Source of the DNA: Acaryochloridaceae cyanobacterium VAR_48_metabat_390
GTDB lineage: Bacteria; Cyanobacteriota; Cyanobacteriia; Thermosynechococcales; Thermosynechococcaceae
Direction of reading: 5' to 3'
DNA length: 26,102 nt
Assembly: GCA_031422435.1 (NCBI GenBank)
Contig: JANPLU010000104.1
Span: forward strand, 1 to 26,102
The notes under the pieces were generated by a model. The model searched no databases. It worked only from the letters and a program-made list of their open reading frames with translations, and was not told the origin of the DNA. Positions 18,530-26,102 of the stretch are shown here, one piece after another. Within the stretch, counting starts at the first letter, position 1. Every line of letters starts with the position of its first letter. The position numbers were made by a program, and so were the translations under genes.

Positions 18530-19381
18530 ATGCAAAGGTTCTTACGGCAGCTTAGGATGCAGCAGTTTATTCGGCGCTATGGTGCAGTGCCCCTGGCAAT
18601 GTTGCTTTGTGCTAATTCGGCATTGGCTGCCGATCCGTTTCGGGTAGGCACAAAGGCCAGACCGATTGGGCCATCTTTACAAAGTGTGTTTGAAGATTTT
18701 TTCCGGTACGGTAGGTATCAAAGTTCTAGCGAGAAGCTGACGAAGGCTGAGGCTGAAAACCCCAATGAGCCTTTGGTCTATACGTTACAGGCGGCAACGG
18801 CTTATCAAAATCGTCAGAAAGAAGTGTTTTTGACGACGTTACCGAAGATTAGAACTGCTTCTCAGCAAATTGAGGCCAAAGATGCCGCGCGATCGCATTT
18901 ATACAAAGGAATTGCCCAAGGACTAGAGGGCTATTTTCTCAAGGATAGTGTGGCAAATCTGCCTAAAACGCTGACCTATGCCAGTTCCATGCTGCTAGAA
19001 ATTGATAAAGCGCACCAGCTCTCGCCCAATGATCCTGAAATTAACCTGTTTGTCGGCTTTATCAACATGGTGCTAAACAAGCATGATGAGGCGCTCAAAA
19101 ATTTCCAAAAGGCTGGCCCTGCTTACCTAGCATTACGCGGACAGGCGCTAGTTTATCGAGATACGAATGATTATGCCAATGCTCAAATTGCAGTGGATAA
19201 GGCGATCGCCCTTGCCCCGCAAAACCCTGAGCTGCTTTACCTAAAGGCTCAAATTTTGGTAAAGCAAAAGAATCCAGCCGAAGCGGTGAAGTTTTTTGAT
19301 CAGGCTATAAAGCTCGGCAGTCAACTCCCAGAAGGAACGCTGAAGCAGATTAAGAAAGAGAGAAATTCTCAAATTTCTTAA
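18530..19381 (+). CDS. Secreted TPR-repeat protein (Sll0314/Alr1548-like)
   Basis: Signal-peptide-like segment ending ALA-ADPFR, followed by TPR repeats (A...AP.NPEL.YLKAQIL). Start is probably ATG at 18530 or 18557 rather than 18410. Confidence 0.75.
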   Translation: MQRFLRQLRMQQFIRRYGAVPLAMLLCANSALAADPFRVGTKARPIGPSLQSVFEDFFRYGRYQSSSEKLTKAEAENPNEPLVYTLQAATAYQNRQKEVFLTTLPKIRTASQQIEAKDAARSHLYKGIAQGLEGYFLKDSVANLPKTLTYASSMLLEIDKAHQLSPNDPEINLFVGFINMVLNKHDEALKNFQKAGPAYLALRGQALVYRDTNDYANAQIAVDKAIALAPQNPELLYLKAQILVKQKNPAEAVKFFDQAIKLGSQLPEGTLKQIKKERNSQIS

Positions 19382-19412
19382 TTCAGCATCACAAAATAGC
19401 TCTCTTTTTACT

Positions 19413-20972
19413 CTAGATCTGATCGAGCTGGGGTTCTAGAGGCTGATCGGTCTGTAGAGTAATGGCAACGGCTTCTTCTGAATCTGTGAGAGGTTCAGCC
19501 GCTTTAATCTGGCTTTCGAGTAGGGCAGCGGTGGCGTCAGCAATGTCGTTGGTGCGATGGTTGAGGCGATCGCGCAGGACCTCAACAGGTGCGATACACT
19601 GCACAATTTTGATGGGGATTTGGGCGGCGATCGCTGCTTCCACAACAGGCTGCCGTAAAGCATGGCGATCGTACTTTGCATCTAAGATTACAGGCCAGCC
19701 CTGTTGTGCTAGCAATAGCCCTAGCTCTAGCAACGCCTCGTAGGTTTTTTGCGTCATCTCTGGCGTGTAAATTCCGCTGCCGAAGGTGCCCCCGCGATCG
19801 CCACGCTGATGCAGCGGAATTTCGGCAAGATGCTTGCGAACGGCATCGGAGCGAATATGAATGGCGTTGAGCTTTTGAGCAAGCTGACGAGCCACGGTAC
19901 TTTTGCCAGATCCAGATAGCCCCGACATGAGAATAATGCGACCCTGCGACCTGCGAGTATAGTTCCATGCCTGACGGTAATAAGCTTGACCTCGCTGGAG
20001 AAATTCAGCTTTCTCAGCAGTAGAAATTGCCGGATCGTTGAGGGCGAGGGAGTTGACGTTGCCGCGAATATAGGCGCGCATACTTAGGTAAAGCGGCAGC
20101 AAGACAGCGCCCCTATAGTCTCCCGTTTGTTCTAGGTAAGTATTGAGGAAAAAATGGGCTAAATCTATCCGTCCCCGAAATTCTAAATCCATGACCATAA
20201 AGGCCACGTCATAGATCACATCAATATTGCGGAATTCTTGGTTGAATTCGATGCAGTCGAAGATCTGAATGTTGTCTTGGTAAAGACAAACGTTATTAAG
20301 GTGCAGGTCGCCATGACCCTCGCAGATTTTGCCTTCGCCTTGGCGCTGCGCAAACCAGTCGGCGTGCTGCTCAAAAAACTGAGTGGTGAACGCGTGGGTT
20401 TCGTCTTGCTGCGTCTGGGTTTGCGAAGTGCCAATAAAAGGTGTGCTGATAGCGTGATTGTTGGTGTCTACCTGCTGGACTGATGCAACGCTGCCGTAAG
20501 CCGTCAGTTCAGGACTAGTAATAGCACTAGCATGGAAGGCGGCGACCTGTAGAGCTAACCTCTGAACGATTTTAGGCGTTAGTTTTCCATCTTGAAATAG
20601 GTGGCTCAAGAGCATTTGTTGGGGGAACTGCCGCATCTGAAGGGCGTATTCTGCGGCAGTTTGAACCGAGTCAACTGCGCCTAACTGATACTGACCCGCA
20701 TTTTCGACGATGGGCAGCACGGCTAGGTAGAGATCGGGTGAGAGTCGTTGGTTAAGGCGTAGCTCTTCGTGGCAAAAGTGGCGACGTTTTTCGAGGCTGG
20801 TGAAGTCTAAGAAGCCAAAGTTTGCGGGCTTTTTGACTTTGTAAGCATACTCCCCCGTCAAAAAGACGTAAGAAATATGAGTTTGCAGCAGTTGGATGGG
20901 TTCCTGCACGGGATGGGGGTAAAAATCCGGCTGGAGCATTTGCTGAATTAGGCTGGGTAAGGTTACATCCAT
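19413..20972 (-). CDS. Bifunctional aminoglycoside-phosphotransferase-like kinase / AAA_33 P-loop protein
   Basis: THIS, YKVKK, EELRLN, HGDLH and FDCIEF in the N-terminal domain; Walker A GLSGSGKS and RSDAVRK in the C-terminal domain. Confidence 0.88.
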   Translation of the reverse strand: MDVTLPSLIQQMLQPDFYPHPVQEPIQLLQTHISYVFLTGEYAYKVKKPANFGFLDFTSLEKRRHFCHEELRLNQRLSPDLYLAVLPIVENAGQYQLGAVDSVQTAAEYALQMRQFPQQMLLSHLFQDGKLTPKIVQRLALQVAAFHASAITSPELTAYGSVASVQQVDTNNHAISTPFIGTSQTQTQQDETHAFTTQFFEQHADWFAQRQGEGKICEGHGDLHLNNVCLYQDNIQIFDCIEFNQEFRNIDVIYDVAFMVMDLEFRGRIDLAHFFLNTYLEQTGDYRGAVLLPLYLSMRAYIRGNVNSLALNDPAISTAEKAEFLQRGQAYYRQAWNYTRRSQGRIILMSGLSGSGKSTVARQLAQKLNAIHIRSDAVRKHLAEIPLHQRGDRGGTFGSGIYTPEMTQKTYEALLELGLLLAQQGWPVILDAKYDRHALRQPVVEAAIAAQIPIKIVQCIAPVEVLRDRLNHRTNDIADATAALLESQIKAAEPLTDSEEAVAITLQTDQPLEPQLDQI

Positions 20973-21026
20973 CGGAGCTTAAGGGGGAAGTGCGTATGAT
21001 TTGAATGGGAATTTCTGCTGCTGCGG

Positions 21027-21563
21027 TTAGGGGACAGCAGACTTGGGATAAATTTTGCCTTCGGGAGCCTGGAACCCAAGGCTTTTACAGCCAAGCTGAA
21101 TCATATCGTCGATGCTGGAGCCTTTCCAAGGGCGTGAAAGCGCCTGCTGAGCCTTAAGCAGAGTGCTTCCAGAATTATAGGTGCCCTTACCTTGCGCCAT
21201 TTTGCCTAGGTAATCGTAAAACTGGTATGAAGATTCAGTACCGACTGCACAATCGACGAGATGGGTTACGACCATTGACAGAACGTCACCCTTGCGGTGA
21301 ATAGCGTTGGGCTGATCGTAATCAGCTTCTAGCAGCCGAACTAAAATCTGCTTTTTACTTAAGTCCAATGGTTTGGCAGGCAGTTCTACATAAAGCCGCC
21401 GAACCTCTTTCCAGTCGTCAATGAGCTTCCATTCTGCGTGGGCGGCGGTAGAGATTAGAGCGGCAAAGCTTCCTAAAAAAATGGGTGTCGTCAGCCTGAA
21501 TCTGGCCTTCTTGCTAAAAGAATGGTTTGTTTTGACCTGCTTCAATCTTGCAACCTCAGGCAC
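21027..21563 (-). CDS. Hypothetical exported protein (weak resemblance to the surface-adhesin E-like family)
   Basis: 178 aa; GTG start with GGAGAGG upstream; signal peptide ending AHA-EW; two Cys residues. Confidence 0.6.
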   Translation of the reverse strand: MPEVARLKQVKTNHSFSKKARFRLTTPIFLGSFAALISTAAHAEWKLIDDWKEVRRLYVELPAKPLDLSKKQILVRLLEADYDQPNAIHRKGDVLSMVVTHLVDCAVGTESSYQFYDYLGKMAQGKGTYNSGSTLLKAQQALSRPWKGSSIDDMIQLGCKSLGFQAPEGKIYPKSAVP

Positions 21564-21589
21564 ACCTCTCCATTTTAGGGGCGTTTATC

Positions 21590-24019
21590 TCAGAGCTGCG
21601 ATCGCAGCAACAAATGGCTAACCTCTAAAGCTCCAGGTTTCGGCGGGTATTCTTCTAGCGCAAAGGAATCGACCTGGATGGCGGCATTACGAGCGATCGC
21701 CGCATCTCTAATCAGCTTCCCTTGCTCCGCGGTTATGATGCCTGCTGCTACTGCCGCTTCAGTCATTTGATCGGGTGTTGTTTTCGAGATTTGACCGTGA
21801 AGACTAGCGGACTTGATAGCCTTTGCAAACAGTTCTGTCTGAAGGGTTAACTGCATAGCCTGCTCTAACCGACCCAAGGCTTCATCGGGATGGGTGGGGA
21901 GATAGATGCCTTGGGTGAGGCGATCGCGCTGTGCCCCCGTGGTCTGCAAAATACTTGCAACTTTAGCGCCCAAGGCATCGGAGGGCATAGTGCCAATCGG
22001 GTTGAGCCGCCAAAGCATTGCCCACGGGCGCAGCACAGGACTTAGGTTCGCAAATAGCCCCTCAAATGCCGCCTGAAGTTGGGCAAAGGTATACTGCATT
22101 GCCCAGTCTACGAGAGGAAGATCCTCTTGCAGACGACCTTCTGCTTCAAACCGTCGCAGCGTAGCAGTACCTAAGTACAGCCAGGTCAACACATCGGCAA
22201 ATCGTCCCGTGAGGGTTTCTCGGCGTTTGAGGGTGCCGCCGAAGACCATCATGGCGAAGTCGCTAAAAAGGGCAAAGGTGGCGGTTGCCCAGGCCAGTTT
22301 GCGATAGTAGCGTGCGGTTGAACCTTGGACGGGCGATCGCACTAAGACTCCTCTTGTCAGGCTCAATAAAACAGTTCTGACTTTATGGCGCACCGTTGCA
22401 CCCAGATGCTGCCAAATCACCCGATCAAACGCGGCAACATCCGACTGCTGAAGTGCCTCAATTTCGGCGTAGACGTAGGGATGGCTGCGAATGGCACCCT
22501 GCCCAAAAATCATGAGGGTACGGGTGAGAATGTTTGCACCTTCCACGGTAATAGAGATGGGGGTGGCGGTGTAGATATTGGCTAGCAGGTTATGGGGACC
22601 TCGACAGATGCCTGCGCCGCCGAGGATATCCATACCGTCGTTGATGATTTGGCGAGAGAGTTCTGTTGTGCTGTACTTGGCGATCGCCGAAACGACTGCT
22701 GGCTGTTCGCCCCCATCTACTGCGCCACAGGTGAAGAGGCGCACGGCATCAATCATATAGGTGAGGCCACCAATGCGCGCGAGGGGTTCTTGCACGCCTT
22801 CAAAGCGCCCAATAGAGAGACCAAACTGTTTACGAACCACGGCATGGGCACCTGCCACGCGGGAAACGAGTTTAGCGACGCCCGTACAGGTGGCAGGAAA
22901 GCTAATGCCGCGCCCAGAGGCGAGAGACTGCATCAGCATCTTCCAGCCTTTGCCTGCTTGGGCAACGCCGCCAATGATTTGGTCAATGGGGATTACCACG
23001 TCTTTCCCTTCTAGGGGCGAGTTGTAGAAAGGGACACCCATTGGGTCATGTCTACGGTTTTGAATGACACCAGGGGTATTAGTGGCAATTAACGCACAGG
23101 TAATACCTACGTCTTCGCCTTTGCCCAAAAGATTTTCAGGGTCTTGGAGACGGAAGGCAAGGCCGAGGAGTGTGGCGATCGCCCCCAGGGTGATATACCG
23201 CTTCTGCCAGTTCAATCGCAGATAAAGCTGCCCATCTTCGCCTCTAAACACCACGCCATGGGAAGTAATACTGGCAGCATCGGAACCCGCATGAGGCTCT
23301 GTAAGCGCAAAGCAGGGGATGTCTTCACCACGAGCTAAGCGCGGCAGGTAGTATTCTTTTTGGGCTGGCGTACCGTAGCGCAGCAGCAGCTTTGCAGGGC
23401 CAAGGGAGTTGGTTACGCCGACGGTGGCAACGTGGGTAAAGGAGCGAGAAGCCAGCTTTGTCATCACAGAACTATAGGCCAGGTTAGTAAACCCTAGCCC
23501 GCCGTATTCTTTAGGAATCATCATGCCAAAGAAGCGCTCTTGGCGAAGGTAGTTCCACACGTCTGGGGGAAGATCTTTGCGCTGGTAGATCTCCCAATCG
23601 GTTGCCATGCGGCAGACCTGCTCAACGGGGCCATCTAAGAAGGCTTGGATCTCGGGGGTGATTTGGGGATAGGGTTCGTTTAGGATGCGCTGGAAGTTGG
23701 GTTTTCCAGAAAAGAATTCACCCTCAACCCAAACGGTTCCAGCTTCGATGGCAGCTTTTTCGGTTTCAGAAATATTGGGCAGTAGCTTTAAGGCTCGAAC
23801 TGCTTTGACAAGTTGCGAGGTAAGGAGAATTTGCCGCAGTTTTGGGATGTTCAGAATGGCTGCAACTACACCAAAAACTAACCATAGCCAAGCGGGAGTT
23901 TGAGCGATCCAAAGAGCTGTTGCGGTGTAGATTGTCCAAGTCCAAAGAGGAACGCCGATGTAGCCTAATGTGAGGAATCCTGAGATGAGGAGGGCGATCG
24001 CCGAGAGGAGGAAAATCAT
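21590..24019 (-). CDS. fadE: Acyl-CoA dehydrogenase, long FadE type with C-terminal DUF1974-like domain
   Basis: N-terminal membrane anchor, ISETE..AIEAG, NSLGP, CFALTEP.AGSDA, GRGIS.P and ITVEGANILTR with the catalytic Glu. AGGAGG lies 7 nt before ATG at 24019, which favours it over TTG at 24025. Confidence 0.93.
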   Translation of the reverse strand: MIFLLSAIALLISGFLTLGYIGVPLWTWTIYTATALWIAQTPAWLWLVFGVVAAILNIPKLRQILLTSQLVKAVRALKLLPNISETEKAAIEAGTVWVEGEFFSGKPNFQRILNEPYPQITPEIQAFLDGPVEQVCRMATDWEIYQRKDLPPDVWNYLRQERFFGMMIPKEYGGLGFTNLAYSSVMTKLASRSFTHVATVGVTNSLGPAKLLLRYGTPAQKEYYLPRLARGEDIPCFALTEPHAGSDAASITSHGVVFRGEDGQLYLRLNWQKRYITLGAIATLLGLAFRLQDPENLLGKGEDVGITCALIATNTPGVIQNRRHDPMGVPFYNSPLEGKDVVIPIDQIIGGVAQAGKGWKMLMQSLASGRGISFPATCTGVAKLVSRVAGAHAVVRKQFGLSIGRFEGVQEPLARIGGLTYMIDAVRLFTCGAVDGGEQPAVVSAIAKYSTTELSRQIINDGMDILGGAGICRGPHNLLANIYTATPISITVEGANILTRTLMIFGQGAIRSHPYVYAEIEALQQSDVAAFDRVIWQHLGATVRHKVRTVLLSLTRGVLVRSPVQGSTARYYRKLAWATATFALFSDFAMMVFGGTLKRRETLTGRFADVLTWLYLGTATLRRFEAEGRLQEDLPLVDWAMQYTFAQLQAAFEGLFANLSPVLRPWAMLWRLNPIGTMPSDALGAKVASILQTTGAQRDRLTQGIYLPTHPDEALGRLEQAMQLTLQTELFAKAIKSASLHGQISKTTPDQMTEAAVAAGIITAEQGKLIRDAAIARNAAIQVDSFALEEYPPKPGALEVSHLLLRSQL

Positions 24020-24227
24020 AGTCAAGCCTCCTAGTGTTTAAAACTAGAGCCAATCTGAGGCAAGCGTAGAAAATGACCCACAACGCTTCTCTGACAATTG
24101 AGATTCTACTCTTACCTCTAAGTTCGAGGTGCGTTCTTTTATTTTAGTTCGAGGGTTTAAAGATCGTCTAGAAGGTTGAGTTATGTTGTGCGTAGGGATG
24201 CTGTAGGAGAAGTTGGGCTAATTTCTA

Positions 24228-24329
24228 GCGATCGCCCTGACCCACAACGCCATCCTACTGACCTGCAATGAGTCAGATTTTCGACAAATTGTAGAGCTGC
24301 GAATAGAAAATTGAACAACAGTTGAGTAG
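24228..24329 (+). pseudogene. 3' remnant of a VapC/PIN toxin gene
   Basis: Translates AIALTHNAILLTCNESDFRQIVELRIEN*TTVE*, matching the VapC C-terminal pattern AIA...L.T.N..DF.....L..E.W. It has no 5' half and the Trp codon is now TGA. Confidence 0.78.
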
Positions 24330-24440
24330 GCAAAGTGAAATCCCCTATGATCAGAGCGATCGCCCCACTTAGCCAAGAAATAGGCTGGTGCAAAAACTAA
24401 AGGACTTGGTACATTTTTGTTTTGGTGGATTGGTCTATAT

Positions 24441-24468
24441 TCGGGTTTCATTCCTCAACCCAACCTAC
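24441..24468. repeat. Cyanobacterial GTAG-type REP-like element
   Basis: The minus strand reads GTAGGTTGGGTTGAGGAATGAAACCCGA: a GTAG head plus a GGGTT/AACCC stem. A degenerate copy is at about 25915-25940. Confidence 0.6.
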
Positions 24469-24522
24469 TCATCTTTGCAGCGCTATAATTGGGTCAACAA
24501 TTCAATTAGCCATAGCCACCTT

Positions 24523-24897
24523 ATGAGCATCGACGAACTCATTAAGGCTGCTAACCAATTCAACGAAACCGACTTCAATCAGTTGCTCCATCAAATTGTG
24601 GTTCTTCGTGCTCGTCGCAAAACTTCGGTTCTCCCCGAAGAAGAGGCTCAGCTTCTGGTGAACATTAACCAGGGTATCCCTACCAATCTCCGTGCCAGCT
24701 ACCAAATTCTGCGAGAGAAACGAGAAGCTGAAACCCTTGACGATTAGGAATATGAGAGCCTTATTCAACTGAGCAACTAAATTGAAAAAATTGGTGCCCA
24801 ACCTCTTGAAGCTCTGGCTAAACTCGTGCAGATGCGTCAAGTTTCTTTGCTAGATCTTATAGAAACTCTTGGCATCCAGCCTGTGAGCTATGTCTAA
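24523..24897 (+). pseudogene. Pseudogene of a helical antitoxin-like protein of the type usually found upstream of HNH nuclease genes
   Basis: One reading frame MSIDELIKAANQ...EAETLDD*EYESLIQLSN*IEKIGAQPLEALAKLVQMRQVSLLDLIETLGIQPVSYV*, with in-frame stops at 24745-24747 (TAG) and 24778-24780 (TAA). TATAAT at 24484-24489. Confidence 0.72.
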
Positions 24898-25002
24898 CGA
24901 GTATAAGATTGGAAAACTGCATATATGGGGTTAAGTACAGTGACCCCCAAGTTGCTGTAGTTCTGAATGCAGTGTGATGGATAACGTTAAAAGTGGTCGA
25001 GA

Positions 25003-25478
25003 ATGAGTAAGCAATACTCTATTTATCTAGATGTTTGTTGTTTGAACCGTCCTTTTGATGACTCATCCCAAGATCGTATTCGACTTGAAGCAGAGGCAGT
25101 TTTGACAATCTATAGAAAATGTAGACTGGGAGAGTGGGAACTGACCACGAGTGAGATGATTGAAGCAGAATTGCGGCAAACGCCAGACTATAAAAAAGTT
25201 GAGTTAATCATGGTGGCATTGACCATCGCTAAGCACAAAGTTTTGATTGACAGTGAGTTAAAGCAACGGGCGAGTGAATTAATGCAGTTTGGTATTAAGT
25301 CTATTGATGCCGTTCATGTGGCGAGTGCTGAAGTAGCAAAGGTTGATGTGTTTTTGACCACCGACGATCGCCTGGTTAGAACAGCAGTTCTAACCAGGCG
25401 AAGCTAAAGGTTCTGTTAAGTAATCCAGTGACTTGGTTAATGAGTCTAAATGCTCAGGAAGGAGACAATACAAAATGA
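25003..25478 (+). pseudogene. PIN-domain toxin-like gene with a probable frameshift near the 3' end (ORF as read is 25003-25407)
   Basis: IYLDVCCLNRPFDD, RIRLEAEA, DAVH and FLTTDD are present. A shifted frame from about 25389 gives SNQAKLKVLLSNPVTWLMSLNAQEGDNTK*, whose TGA (25476-25478) overlaps the next ATG. Confidence 0.75.
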
Positions 25479-25669
25479 TGACACCTATTGAAATTAACCG
25501 AGTTGGCTATACTGCGTTGATGGATGCGCTTGGATTTGATGGAATGATTCGCTTTTTGCGACAGTTTGAGCCTGGGCAAGGTGACTATACAAATGAACGT
25601 CGGCAATGGCTTGATACTGTTTCTTTAGAAGATGTATTCCGCGATATTGAAAAGCATCGACCCTCGTAG
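25475..25669 (+). CDS. Small conserved partner protein (putative antitoxin) of the PIN gene
   Basis: MMTPIEINRVGYTALMDALG..GMIRFLRQFEPGQGDYT.ER; AAGGAG at 25459-25464; ATGA overlap with the restored PIN stop. Confidence 0.75.
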   Translation: MMTPIEINRVGYTALMDALGFDGMIRFLRQFEPGQGDYTNERRQWLDTVSLEDVFRDIEKHRPS

Positions 25670-25683
25670 TGTTGCTGAGAGTT

Positions 25684-25940
25684 TAGTGATTCGCCATAAC
25701 TAACAACGCCATTCTACTCACCCGTAATGCGTCAGATTTTGGACGAATTGTAGAATTGCAAATAGAAGATTGGGCAACGGTTGAGTAGCTTGATTTAATC
25801 AAGGTGAACCCAGGTTCTTATGGCTTAAGGGCGATCGCCCACTTAGACAAGACATAGGCTGGTGCAAAACCTAATGGACTTTGCGCGTTCTCGCTTCAGT
25901 GCATCGATCTGGGATCGGGTTTTGAGCTTCAACCCAAGCT
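25684..25940 (+). repeat. Degenerate direct repeat, copy 2
   Basis: Begins at a degenerate HIP1 (GTGATTCGCC), has an intact HIP1 at 25831-25838, ATAGGCTGGTGCAAAA at 25854-25869 and a degenerate REP-like end. Confidence 0.85.
25693..25788 (+). pseudogene. Second 3' remnant of a VapC/PIN toxin gene
   Basis: Translates AITNNAILLTRNASDFGRIVELQIEDWATVE*; no start codon or 5' half. Confidence 0.8.
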
Positions 25941-25961
25941 GTCGTTAGCTATAAAAAACTT

Positions 25962-26102
25962 GGTAGTCCTCCAGATGTAAGGATAAGATTGTCAAGACAT
26001 CTTTAGCTCCTTATTACAAATGCCAAGTTGCCCAAGCTGCAAATCGAAAAATGTAGTCAAAAATGGTTTTATCCATAACGGGAATCAAAACCACAAATGC
26101 AA
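25962..26102 (+). mobile_element. Left end of an IS1-family insertion sequence (transposase ORF from 26020, cut by the window edge)
   Basis: Terminus GGTAGTCCTCCAG resembles IS1-type inverted repeats. ATG at 26020 gives MPSCPSCKSKNVVKNGFIHNGNQNHKC, an InsA-like Zn ribbon (CPxC...KNG...C). Confidence 0.85.

Larger units (their letters stand above)
24228..24468 (+). repeat. Degenerate direct repeat, copy 1 (HIP1, vapC tail, HIP1, spacer, REP-like end)
   Basis: Aligns collinearly by eye with 25684-25940. Shared blocks include ACAACGCCAT, GTCAGATTTT, GTTGAGTAG, GCGATCGCCC, CACTTAG and ATAGGCTGGTGCAAAA. Confidence 0.85.
198..25838. repeat. HIP1 octamer GCGATCGC dispersed through the window
   Basis: Roughly 40 copies by eye, for example at 198, 694, 785, 837, 2022, 6423, 6450, 6481, 24228, 24356 and 25831. 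Fewer than one would be expected by chance for an 8-mer in 26 kb. Confidence 0.95.

Noticed and set aside
635..23903. Many 60-170 aa ORFs overlapping the long genes
   Set aside because: They are antisense or off-frame shadows of well-supported genes and have no motifs of their own.
24114..24154. AGTTCGAGG twice (24121 and 24146), resembling tRNA T-loop or att remnants
   Set aside because: No cloverleaf or acceptor stem, and a 9-bp match is too weak to call.
24181..24451. Minus-strand ORFs of 70 and 77 aa over repeat copy 1
   Set aside because: I could not trace them as intact equivalents in copy 2, and the plus-strand VapC remnant explains the coding signal.
24228..25940. CRISPR array or classical attC integron interpretation of the repeats
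   Set aside because: Only two long degenerate copies about 1.45 kb apart, with no regular spacers, no cas or intI gene, and no attC structure that I could verify.

Overview
Cyanobacterial chromosomal window, judged from roughly 40 HIP1 octamers (GCGATCGC, counted by eye) and a typical cyanobacterial gene set. From left to right it holds: the 5' part of a CYP110-type cytochrome P450 (missed by the ORF track); a stand-alone DUF2126 putative amidoligase; a Cys-rich membrane protein; a ProA paralog lacking the catalytic Cys; a NarL-type response regulator and histidine kinase pair divergent from a kdpA-kdpB-kdpF/G-kdpC-short kdpD operon; dcd with a degenerate CobO/BtuR-like gene; rph; a WecA/MraY-family transferase; cinA; an unannotated 44-aa ORF resembling AtpTheta (atpT/norf1); aroQ; a TPR protein; an APH-AAA fusion; a secreted hypothetical protein; and fadE. 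The last ~1.9 kb is an accessory, decaying toxin-antitoxin region. It is bracketed by two degenerate ~240-260 bp direct repeats (HIP1, vapC 3' tail, HIP1, conserved spacer, REP-like element, -10-like box) and ends in the left end of an IS1-family element. All family assignments come from motif recognition by eye, not database searches.
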